From NCBI RefSeq assembly GCF_036844465.1, contig NZ_DAIUFW010000009.1:4839-68838 (forward strand): a stretch of 64,000 bases of DNA. The letters run 5' to 3'. This document shows positions 28,012 through 36,320 of the stretch, piece by piece. The first letter of the stretch is position 1. Each line of letters begins with the position of its first letter. Under the pieces are notes generated by a model, which was not told where the DNA came from, made no database searches, and was given only the letters and a program-made list of their open reading frames with translations. Position numbers and translations under genes: made by a program. The stretch comes from Methylobacillus sp. GTDB lineage: Bacteria; Pseudomonadota; Gammaproteobacteria; Burkholderiales; Methylophilaceae.

Positions 28012-29916
28012 ATGCGCCTGTACATCGCCGAAAAGCCGTCCCTGGGCAAGGCAATCGCAGAGAATCTTCCTGGCGTAAAGTCCCGCGACGACGGATTCAT
28101 ACGGGTAGGCACCGACGTGGTTACGTGGGCGCACGGGCACATCCTCGAGCTTGCGCCTCCAGAAGCATATAACCCCGCGTGGAAGAGCTGGAACACCGCG
28201 GTCAATGTCCTGCCCTACCCTATCGAGTGCTTCAAGCTCCTGCCCAAGCCGGACTCAAAGGCGCAGCTCCGCGTCATCCAATCGTTGCTCTCTCAGGCTA
28301 CCGAGGTCGTCAACGCTGGCGACCCCGATCGCGAAGGCCAGATGCTCATCGACGAGATTCTCGAGTCGAGCGCGTGGAAGGGGCCGACGTTGCGCCTGCT
28401 GATCAACGCAACAGACCCGGTAACCGTGAAGAAGGCGTTGAGCTCGATGCGGCCGAACTCGGAGTTCTTCAATCTTTACCAGGCAGCAAAATGTCGGTCC
28501 GAGGCAGACTGGATCATAGGCATGAACCTGACCGTTGCCGCGACTAAGCTCCTGGCGAATGACGAGCTCGTCTCTGTAGGGCGTGTTCAAACACCGACTC
28601 TCGCACTGGTCGTCCGCCGGGATGAAGCGATCGAGAAATTCGGCGCCCGCCAGTTCTTTTCACTTGAAGTGACCCTCGAAACACCTCAAGGCCCGATCGT
28701 TCTGACCTACAACCCTTCAGACGAGAGCAAGCGGATCTGGAGCGAGGTTGACGCAAAGCGGATTGTCGAGGAGGTCAAGAAAAGACAATCCGTTACCGTA
28801 ACGGTAACTACAGGCATTAAAAAGGAGAGCCCTCCGAGGTTGTTCATGCTCAGAACCTTCCAGGGCGAGTGCAACTCGCGCTATGGCTGGTCAGCCTCCA
28901 AAGCACTCGAACTTGCTCAGTCGCTCTACGACTCAAAGCACCAGTTGGCCAGCTACCCACGGACCGACTGTGAGTACATGCCGGCAGGGCAGGCAAACGA
29001 CGCGCTGACAATCGCTCAACACATCGTCAAGCAGACTTCGTTCACTGCCTTCGCTCCCCTGCTTTCTCTTGCAGTACCGAGAGCGTCGATTTACGACTCA
29101 TCGAAAGTCACGGAACATCACGCGTTAACCCCGACCGTGAAATCGGCCGACTTCAAAACGCTCACCGCCGACGAACAGAAGGCCTGGCTGCTCCTGGCTG
29201 AACGGTTCCTCATGAGCCTGCTTCCTTCGCACCAAATCGAAGAGACAGTGGTGTCGTTCTCTCACGGTGAGATCGAGTTCTCCGCCAAGGGCGAGGTGTC
29301 GCTCAACATGGCGCAGAGCTGGCGAGCACTGGCCCCTCATACGTATAAGCCGCTGCCTCAGGTCGCGGATGGCGCAACGCTGCAGATGGCTGGCCTCCGG
29401 GTAGTGAAGGGGAAAACGACCCCTCCGAAGCGCTACACCGAGAAGACATTACTCGACGACATGAGCTCCGTGGCCAAGTACGTCGAGGACCCCAAGCTCA
29501 AGGCGATTCTGAAGGAAACCTCAGGGATCGGGACCGCTGCGACTCAGGCGAAGATCATCGAGACGCTCAAGGAACGGGGCTACGTCGCAGTGAAGAACCG
29601 AGAACTCATCTCGACCCCATTTGGCCGTGCCGTGGTTCATGGTCTCCCCGAGCGTTTGACGGACCCTTGCCTGACAGCGCTCTGGGAAGATGCGCTCGGC
29701 TTGATTGCGGCCGGAGGGATGAAGCCGGGCGACTACATGCTGCGCGTCAGGGGTATGTGCAAGCAGCTCGTCGACGACGTGCGTGACTCCGTAGGGAAAA
29801 AGGCGATCGTCGGCGACAAGGAGCTCGTGAAGAACAAACGGGCGAAGCTGCTCGAGCAACGCAGATCCCAACAGTCGTCCAGTAGGGCAAGCGCTACTGC
29901 AGGACTGCCACTCTGA
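28012..29916 (+). CDS. topB: DNA topoisomerase III
   Basis: N-terminal Toprim MRLYIAEKPSLGKAIA and DPDREGQ. The type IA core is collinear over 634 aa. Confidence 0.9.
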   Translation: MRLYIAEKPSLGKAIAENLPGVKSRDDGFIRVGTDVVTWAHGHILELAPPEAYNPAWKSWNTAVNVLPYPIECFKLLPKPDSKAQLRVIQSLLSQATEVVNAGDPDREGQMLIDEILESSAWKGPTLRLLINATDPVTVKKALSSMRPNSEFFNLYQAAKCRSEADWIIGMNLTVAATKLLANDELVSVGRVQTPTLALVVRRDEAIEKFGARQFFSLEVTLETPQGPIVLTYNPSDESKRIWSEVDAKRIVEEVKKRQSVTVTVTTGIKKESPPRLFMLRTFQGECNSRYGWSASKALELAQSLYDSKHQLASYPRTDCEYMPAGQANDALTIAQHIVKQTSFTAFAPLLSLAVPRASIYDSSKVTEHHALTPTVKSADFKTLTADEQKAWLLLAERFLMSLLPSHQIEETVVSFSHGEIEFSAKGEVSLNMAQSWRALAPHTYKPLPQVADGATLQMAGLRVVKGKTTPPKRYTEKTLLDDMSSVAKYVEDPKLKAILKETSGIGTAATQAKIIETLKERGYVAVKNRELISTPFGRAVVHGLPERLTDPCLTALWEDALGLIAAGGMKPGDYMLRVRGMCKQLVDDVRDSVGKKAIVGDKELVKNKRAKLLEQRRSQQSSSRASATAGLPL

Positions 29917-29958
29917 CCTTGATCAAGGTCGCCCTGCTAACATTCACTTAGAAGGTAT

Positions 29959-29987
29959 TTGCATCAAGTCTCGATTTTGGCTATAAA
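29959..29987 (+). promoter_or_regulatory. Sigma70-like promoter of parA
   Basis: TTGCAT, a 17-nt spacer, then TATAAA. It is flanked by the 6-bp inverted repeat TTGCAT/ATGCAA and lies 33 nt upstream of the parA ATG. Confidence 0.55.
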
Positions 29988-30019
29988 TGCAACCATAGTT
30001 CAACGACAACAAACACACC

Positions 30020-31174
30020 ATGAGCCAACCTCGAGACACTTTTGCAGACATCGGAAGCGTGACCTATCGGATTCGACAGGCGGCAGCGATGCTTGGCGTC
30101 ACAGATGTCACGCTCCGGGGTTACTCGGAGAACTTCGACATTCGGAGAGCTTCCGATACGAACCCTGGGGCACCCCCCATCCGGATCTATGAGCCCTCGC
30201 AGATTTTCGAGATTGCGCTCTGGCGACGGATGCAGGGTTATCTCAAGGTTCCTCAGACTCATGGAAAGCCGTTCGTCATTGCTGTGACCGTGTGCAAAGG
30301 CGGGACAGGCAAAACAGTCACCTCTGTTGAGCTGGCCGTTGAGCTTCAACTACTGGGCTTTCGGACGCTGCTGATCGACCTTGACTCTCAGGCCTCCGCA
30401 ACACAAATCATGGGTTACGAACCTGACATCATGATGGAGGAAGCCGAAAGTTTCGGCTTGAGTGAGAAGGCAGTGGTCCGCGAAACGCTCGCGAATGTCC
30501 TTGAGGCATACGTGAGCTCGCAGCAAGGCGGCCGCGTTAGGCAGATGCCCTATGACCTGAAAAGTCTCATCAAAAAGCCCTTTGGGGAACACGGGCCTCA
30601 TCTCGTCCCCGCCGACACATTCCTGAGCAGCATCGAACGGACTCTTCTTGTCGCGACAGGAAACCGTGAGCGGTTCTTGCGCAACATGCTCGATGAAGCT
30701 GCAAAGGGTGCGATCCCCGGTTTTGACACCAGCATCTATGACGCAATCATTCTCGACTGCCCACCTACCGTTTCGACTACCACATCCTCGGGAATGGTCG
30801 CCGCTGACCTGCTGATTGCGCCGATACGGATGGATGTTTTTTCGATCAAGGGCATCAGCAAGATGATTTCCGAGATTCATGTGTTTAAGGATGAATGGAG
30901 CTTGAAGCCTGAACTCATCATTCTCCCGACGCACTACTCTACAAATGTCGGTCGGATCAGCCGCATGCGGCGTGAGCTCGAGACTTACAGCGACAGCGTT
31001 TCGCCCTACGTGATCTCTGTAAGTGAAGACCTGCCAAACTCTCAAGAGCGCAGCATGCCGCTCTCTATCACGAAACCGACATCAACATCGGCTTGCGAGT
31101 ACAGGGCGTTCGCGGCTTACATCCGCGAAAAGATTGTCGACAGGCTCTCGAAAACCAAAGGGGATAGGAAATGA
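30020..31174 (+). CDS. parA: ParA partition ATPase (type Ia, with N-terminal HTH)
   Basis: N-terminal HTH YRIRQAAAMLGVTDVTLRGY and deviant Walker A KGGTGKT. Confidence 0.85.
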   Translation: MSQPRDTFADIGSVTYRIRQAAAMLGVTDVTLRGYSENFDIRRASDTNPGAPPIRIYEPSQIFEIALWRRMQGYLKVPQTHGKPFVIAVTVCKGGTGKTVTSVELAVELQLLGFRTLLIDLDSQASATQIMGYEPDIMMEEAESFGLSEKAVVRETLANVLEAYVSSQQGGRVRQMPYDLKSLIKKPFGEHGPHLVPADTFLSSIERTLLVATGNRERFLRNMLDEAAKGAIPGFDTSIYDAIILDCPPTVSTTTSSGMVAADLLIAPIRMDVFSIKGISKMISEIHVFKDEWSLKPELIILPTHYSTNVGRISRMRRELETYSDSVSPYVISVSEDLPNSQERSMPLSITKPTSTSACEYRAFAAYIREKIVDRLSKTKGDRK

Positions 31175-32052
31175 AAACGCGGCAACGCGATCCAGTCGGC
31201 CTGGTGCTTCGCACTATGCCCGCCGATAGCGAGTTCGGAAGGCCCGCGGAAGGACTCCCTGCCGTAACCGCAAAGGTCAGCCTGGACCTCCTGGAAGAAG
31301 TGCCCGGCCGACGCAGGAAGCTCACCGACGAGCAGTACCAGCAACTCGTGGAGAACCTGGCGAACAATCCTCTTGCGACGCCGGTAACTGTCCGCGCAAT
31401 CGATAACGGCCGTTTCGAGATCATCGCCGGCCACAACCGTGTGGCCGCATACCGAGAGCTCGAGCGCACAGAGATCGACGTTCACGTCGTCGATCTCGAT
31501 GATGACGGCGTCGAGCGGGCAGCCTTCTACTCGAACCTGCTATCGAACGAACTCCCTGACTACCACAGATATCTTGGGTTCAAGGGACGGATGGCATCGA
31601 CAGGCAAGAATCAAACGGAGATTGCTGAAGAGGCCGGGATCAACAAAAGTATTGTTTCTCGCCTCATGGCGTTCGCATCACTACCGTCTTTGGCATTGAA
31701 TGTCATTGAGAGGAACCCAGAGAAATTCGGCGTCAACGCGATTTCGGAGCTGTCGAAGCTCGTTGAAAGCCATCCCCCTGAGGCGATCGCACAAGCCCTT
31801 GAAAAAGTCGCCTCTGAAGAGATCACGATGAAACATGCGATCTCTCTGATCAAGGCTTCAGGGAAGATCAAAGAAAATAAGAAAGCAGACCCAGAGATCA
31901 TCACGATTCGAAGAGGCAATACAACATTCTGCTCTGTTCGGAGGGCCGGATCTTCGCTTCGACTGGACTTCGCTAATGGATCAGTCACGGAGGCGCTGAT
32001 GGCCGAGATCGAAGATCTGATCAAAAGACACGCAAAAGCCACTGGTGACTGA
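31171..32052 (+). CDS. parB: ParB-like partition / DNA-binding protein
   Basis: ParB N-terminal domain (EIIAGHNRVAAYREL) and HTH (QTEIAEEAGINKSIVSR). Overlaps the parA stop. Confidence 0.75.
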   Translation: MKTRQRDPVGLVLRTMPADSEFGRPAEGLPAVTAKVSLDLLEEVPGRRRKLTDEQYQQLVENLANNPLATPVTVRAIDNGRFEIIAGHNRVAAYRELERTEIDVHVVDLDDDGVERAAFYSNLLSNELPDYHRYLGFKGRMASTGKNQTEIAEEAGINKSIVSRLMAFASLPSLALNVIERNPEKFGVNAISELSKLVESHPPEAIAQALEKVASEEITMKHAISLIKASGKIKENKKADPEIITIRRGNTTFCSVRRAGSSLRLDFANGSVTEALMAEIEDLIKRHAKATGD

Positions 32053-32271
32053 GTTGCTACTAGCAACTGCATGATAATTAACGATTTTTTATTTTTAGGT
32101 TAGCAGAGATGGTAAATCGGATACTACGGCGCCCCCCAGCGGACGCCCGCATCACCCGGCCTCTAAAGTCCTGCTGACCATCACGCAACCCCGCCCCCGA
32201 GCGGGGTTTCGCACGTTTATAGACTGGAGATCGCGATGTAGCGACCAAAACAAAGACACATCCTGCTGACA

Positions 32272-32384
32272 AAAGAAAAACCCGGTCTCGGGGCCAACCG
32301 AGCCGGGCTTTCTTGAAAAGGGTGATGCTTTTCTGGTGTCTGATACCAAACCGGGGCCAACCGGTCAGACCTCACCGCCAACTG
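32272..32384 (-). ncRNA. Predicted counter-transcript (antisense RNA) to the leader/start region of rep-like gene 1
   Basis: Minus-strand promoter TTGACG-16-TACCAT (32418-32391). Two hairpins with UUGGCC loops. Intrinsic terminator at 32307-32272, with a tttttctttt tail. Confidence 0.35.
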
Positions 32385-33805
32385 AGGTGAATGGTATCAA
32401 ACAGCCGGGAAACGTCAAGGGATTCTATTGCCTTGAAAAAGGCGAACCCGGACTTTTTCACGTGACTACTCCAATTCGCCTCAATGCGGGCCGAGGGGAC
32501 TGCGACGGACCACGTCCGCGCTTTCTCCCTGCCCCCCTGATCAACGCACGAGCCGCGGTGATGAACCGCCTGTACTGCCAGGACCTGTCGCAGACCGCGC
32601 GCCAGGTGCTTTACGGTGTGCTGGCCTTTTTTAAGCTTGGCCATCCTGAGCAACCTGTTTTTGCCTTTCGTGACACGCTTCAAGCTGAAACCCTGCTCAG
32701 TAGTCGCTCCAAACTTTTTCGTGGCCTTCAGGAAGCCGAAGACAAGGGCTACATCCGTCGTGAGCAAGTCCGCAACTGGGGCCGTCGATCCTATGGGCAG
32801 TTCAGTCGAAGTCACATCTACGTCCTCGACAAGACATTGTTGATGCTCGGGCTGGCAGGCTCTCGGATACTCTCGACCTCGCCCGCATCAACGCAGGCCT
32901 CCTCGATTGAGGACGAACAGCACACAGAAGTTGGAGTACCCCCATCCTCCTCCGCTGAGTTCGACGCCCTCCCCTCCTCTGTCGATTCACTCTCCAGTGC
33001 CGCCGGACTGCTCGAGATCGATGCTTCGCTTGAAACCTGCGAGGCACAGCACCAGGCAGAGATCCTCGAGGCGTGGGAAGACGGTCGCGCCGACTGGGAG
33101 GATGACGAAACAGGCTGGGAAGCAGACACGCCCCCCCGGGAGCCAACGACCGTCACCCCGTACGCCACTTATCCACAGGAGCCGTGTCTCACAGTGACAC
33201 ACGGTATACAAGAGAGTGAACCTACCCTTGATCTACAGCTAAAAGGACAACTTCCCACGCGCGAATCCCTACCCGACCCGTCGTCGCTGAAGGATTCTTC
33301 TGAAAACATCGATCCCCACACCCGTCTGCCCCACGACGTGACGCCACTCATGAAGCTTGGTGTCTCCAAGACGCTGATCTGCACCCTGATGGCCCACGCC
33401 AAGCGCCAAGGTCAGCAAGGTGCGCTTGGCGCAGCAGTGAAGCTCTTCTGGCAGCACATCCATGGGCTAAGAGGCAGATCGGTCTTTGCCTATCTGCGCA
33501 AAGTCCTCAGCCAGAAACGCGACTACGCCTACCTGCTCAAGCAGCAGTACGCGAACGAAATCGATGGCGTACTCACTGCCTCAGCCACTGCGCGGCTGTC
33601 GGAGAAGCTGGCGGTCTTGCTTGCACGCGGGGACGGCTTCCAGGTTCGCAACGCCGAAGGTCAATCAATTGGGACGCTGCGCGCAAACGGTGAAACTGGA
33701 TACGTGGAGGGGTTTGATCCCAAGCGCGGCCGCGTTGCGCTGCCGGCTAACCTGCGCTTTATGCAGGCAGTGGAAGAAGGTCGCTTGCATCTGCGCCCGT
33801 GCTGA
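32336..33805 (+). CDS. Rep-like winged-helix protein, paralog 1 (putative replication initiator)
   Basis: Homologous along its full length to the 34217-35521 ORF. GTG start with no good SD; an alternative GTG lies at 32462. Positioned directly after parAB. Confidence 0.45.
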   Translation: MSDTKPGPTGQTSPPTEVNGIKQPGNVKGFYCLEKGEPGLFHVTTPIRLNAGRGDCDGPRPRFLPAPLINARAAVMNRLYCQDLSQTARQVLYGVLAFFKLGHPEQPVFAFRDTLQAETLLSSRSKLFRGLQEAEDKGYIRREQVRNWGRRSYGQFSRSHIYVLDKTLLMLGLAGSRILSTSPASTQASSIEDEQHTEVGVPPSSSAEFDALPSSVDSLSSAAGLLEIDASLETCEAQHQAEILEAWEDGRADWEDDETGWEADTPPREPTTVTPYATYPQEPCLTVTHGIQESEPTLDLQLKGQLPTRESLPDPSSLKDSSENIDPHTRLPHDVTPLMKLGVSKTLICTLMAHAKRQGQQGALGAAVKLFWQHIHGLRGRSVFAYLRKVLSQKRDYAYLLKQQYANEIDGVLTASATARLSEKLAVLLARGDGFQVRNAEGQSIGTLRANGETGYVEGFDPKRGRVALPANLRFMQAVEEGRLHLRPC

Positions 33806-33819
33806 TCCAACTCGAACTA

Positions 33820-34137
33820 TCAGGCGATGGCTTGAATTCCATTTTTCTTGACGACTGTGAGCAGCCGCAGCGCCGGTCCACCCGGCTTCTTGACGCCACG
33901 CTCCCAGTCCGAAATCAAATTCTTACTGACATTCAGGTAGCGGGCAAAAACCGGCTGAGACAGGTGCTCACGCTCGCGCAACGCACGAATCTCATCGGGC
34001 GACAAAGCCTCAACGGACGTGAGGCACGCTTCGTCAAACTCGCGCATGGTGCGCTTGTCGACTGCGCCAATCTCGGAGAGCGCTTCCATTGTCTCGTGGA
34101 TAGCGCCGAGTGCTTCACTGCGGTAGTTCTTCGTCAT
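33820..34137 (-). CDS. XRE-family HTH protein of the MqsA/HigA/YiaG antitoxin-like type (no toxin partner)
   Basis: LSQPVFARYLNVSKNLISDWERGVKKPGGPALRLL. SD ggaga upstream. Confidence 0.65.
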   Translation of the reverse strand: MTKNYRSEALGAIHETMEALSEIGAVDKRTMREFDEACLTSVEALSPDEIRALREREHLSQPVFARYLNVSKNLISDWERGVKKPGGPALRLLTVVKKNGIQAIA

Positions 34138-34216
34138 TTAACTGTGTCTCCGAAAACTGGCCTTTATCGATCAACTCCGCCACATAGATTCATGCATGAG
34201 GCTTATTGGCTCTCAA

Positions 34217-35521
34217 TTAAGCCGCTACGATCCGACGTAAGTGCCCGGCTGCAAGTGCTTCGAGAAACTCTGCGTTCATCCGGCCGTATCGCACCACGTC
34301 TCCCGGCCTATGAACACGCAGAAGTCCGTTTGCTTCGACTTGAATCATCGTCCCTCCTTCGCCCCTGAAAAGCTGCCCCTCGAGCTCGTCGCACTTGATC
34401 TCAACGTGTCGCGCAGCTTCAGACTGCGCCCGCTTGATCGCTTCAGTTTGGGCCTTATTCGACGCGACCCGTGCGAAGTCAGTTGGCTTGTTGATCATGG
34501 CACGAAGGTATTTGAAGACAGATCTGCCTTGCAGTTTCAGCGCATCGATTCGAGACTTCGCAAGCTTCCAGATCGACCCAAGGGCTCCAGTCTTGTCGGC
34601 CTCTCTGGCAAGTCGCATGAGATAAGCAATGGTCGGCTTGTTCAAGCCATAGTCAAACAAGGCGGTCAGCTCGACTGGTAAACGGCTTGACGGGTCTATC
34701 TGGTTTTGAAGTTTTTCAGAAAAGTCCCCTGATGACCTGCCGGTTGATCTTGCACTGGCGGTTCTGGGTTGTTCTCTTATGAGTTGAGGTTTAGTGGGAC
34801 GTTCACTCTCATGTATACCGAGGGTCAAATTGACCGACGGCGCCTGTGGATAAAATTTTTCGAGGGAATGTGCGTCGCTGTCGTCGCGCACTTCCGTGGC
34901 AAAACGCGATTCTGGGGCGGCTAGCGCCTCGAATGGTTCGTCGGGATAGGGTGGGCTGTCTAAATGCTTTTCGTCGTCTCCTGCGCCTTCTTCTGCGTCC
35001 AGAATCAGATCGGTGACGGGGACTGCTGCTTGGATGGCCTCCCATGCCTCGATAGCATCAAGCTGGTCTTGCGAGGGGTCGATCTGTGGGGCAGGGCAGA
35101 TGAGGTCAAGTTCAAGCAGGCAACGATTCGTCAGCCATGTTTTGGAATAAGCGAACTGTCCATGGCGAGCTGCGTCGCGTCGTCGCCATTGCTCTCTGAC
35201 CAGGTAGCCGCGATCGGAGAGTTCTCGAATGCCGCGACTTAGCGTTTCAACGCTGCCCAGATGGCACTCCTTGCGTAGGACTTCTCTTTCAGGCCACAAA
35301 GGCTGATCGAGCTTCCTGATATTCAGGAAAGTGAGGAGCCCCGACAGCGTGCGCCGGGCAAGGGTGCTCAGGTCTAGAAATTTGAGCGAATCGAAGACGC
35401 GCGCTTTAGCGTCGACGAGGAGCTTGGGAAGCCGCCGTGGCTGTGAAGACAGCGGGGCAGCAGAGTATGAGGAGGCCACAAAAGACGGTCCAAGAGTTCG
35501 ACTTTTCCCTTTTTCTGGCAA
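34217..35521 (-). CDS. Rep-like winged-helix protein, paralog 2
   Basis: TTG start. Shares blocks with paralog 1: PRRLPKLLVDAKARV, GYLVREQ, LGIHESERPT, IDPSSRLP, GALGS, GRSVFKYLR. Confidence 0.45.
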   Translation of the reverse strand: MPEKGKSRTLGPSFVASSYSAAPLSSQPRRLPKLLVDAKARVFDSLKFLDLSTLARRTLSGLLTFLNIRKLDQPLWPEREVLRKECHLGSVETLSRGIRELSDRGYLVREQWRRRDAARHGQFAYSKTWLTNRCLLELDLICPAPQIDPSQDQLDAIEAWEAIQAAVPVTDLILDAEEGAGDDEKHLDSPPYPDEPFEALAAPESRFATEVRDDSDAHSLEKFYPQAPSVNLTLGIHESERPTKPQLIREQPRTASARSTGRSSGDFSEKLQNQIDPSSRLPVELTALFDYGLNKPTIAYLMRLAREADKTGALGSIWKLAKSRIDALKLQGRSVFKYLRAMINKPTDFARVASNKAQTEAIKRAQSEAARHVEIKCDELEGQLFRGEGGTMIQVEANGLLRVHRPGDVVRYGRMNAEFLEALAAGHLRRIVAA

Positions 35522-35538
35522 AAAGTCGACAGAAGCCC

Positions 35539-35566
35539 TTGACGCGTAATTTGCACTTGCTAAGAT
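35539..35566 (+). promoter_or_regulatory. Sigma70-like promoter divergent from rep-like gene 2
   Basis: TTGACG (35539-35544), a 16-nt spacer, then TAAGAT (35561-35566). Confidence 0.45.
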
Positions 35567-35572
35567 AGCTCC

Positions 35573-35708
35573 ATCGTTGTGGGATTGGATTTATCGGCGC
35601 CAACCGATTTTTCTTAGCAAGTACAGATCACGTATCACACGTAATCGCAAGTTGTACACATAAGCCCTGGGCTCGAGTTCGTACCTCGATCCCAGGGCTT
35701 TGTGTTTT
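35573..35708 (+). ncRNA. Predicted small RNA antisense to the upstream leader of rep-like gene 2
   Basis: Lies downstream of the promoter above. Hairpin 35593-35608 has loop CGCCAA. A strong terminator (35662-35700, 16-bp stem with 1 mismatch) is followed by tgtgtttt. Confidence 0.35.
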
Positions 35709-35868
35709 CAATGTCTGATTTTCTTCGCTAGATGGTTTCTCGCAGAAATTCTAATCGGTCTGATTTTCTGTATTCTTTTGGCCTAAGAAGGCGCGTTACC
35801 GATTCTATCAGTTAGCTTATGTCGACGGAATCCTTTTACAAAGCAATCTTCTTTGAAGGAAATTGAAT

Positions 35869-36312
35869 CTATTTTGCGTCGATAACGACTTTGGTTTGCA
35901 CCTTTTCGCGAAGTAGGGACCGGTCAGCATTTTTGTGATGTGCATAGCCATTCAGGATCGCACCATCGTGTATCACAATCGTGCCGTAGCTCACTTCCCC
36001 AGTGACGTTGGCAGTCCCGTACAGGTGAACTTCCCGAGCGCGAATGTCACCTTGAACTGTTCCGGCCACAAATACGCGCTCAGCGAGGATTGAACCAAAG
36101 ACCTCTGATTCTGCGTGCAACAGAACGACGCCTGATCCGTCCGCGATCGTGACGTCGCCCAGCACGCGGCCGTGAATCTTGATTCCCGCCTGGAGGTCCA
36201 TAGCTCCCTTGACGGTCACACCCTTCGCGATCAGAGAAGTGATGCCAAGACCTTGGGCTGTCTCATGAGAAGTTTGCTTACGGTCTTTCCCTTTGCCTGG
36301 AAGTTTGAACAT
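35869..36312 (-). CDS. Bactofilin
   Basis: Repetitive beta-helix pattern (VTVKGAMDL.AGIKIHGRVLGDVTI..., VFGSILAERVFVAGTVQGDIRAREVHLYGTANVTGEVSYGTIVIHDGAILNG). ATG 36312 has SD gagg; an alternative GTG at 36324 overlaps the upstream stop. Confidence 0.8.
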   Translation of the reverse strand: MFKLPGKGKDRKQTSHETAQGLGITSLIAKGVTVKGAMDLQAGIKIHGRVLGDVTIADGSGVVLLHAESEVFGSILAERVFVAGTVQGDIRAREVHLYGTANVTGEVSYGTIVIHDGAILNGYAHHKNADRSLLREKVQTKVVIDAK

Positions 36313-36320
36313 GGGGCGCC

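Noticed and set aside
33799-34368. A 189-aa plus-strand ORF between the rep paralogs.
   Set aside because: It lies opposite the well-formed HTH gene and the rep-2 3' end, and has neither an SD nor any motif.
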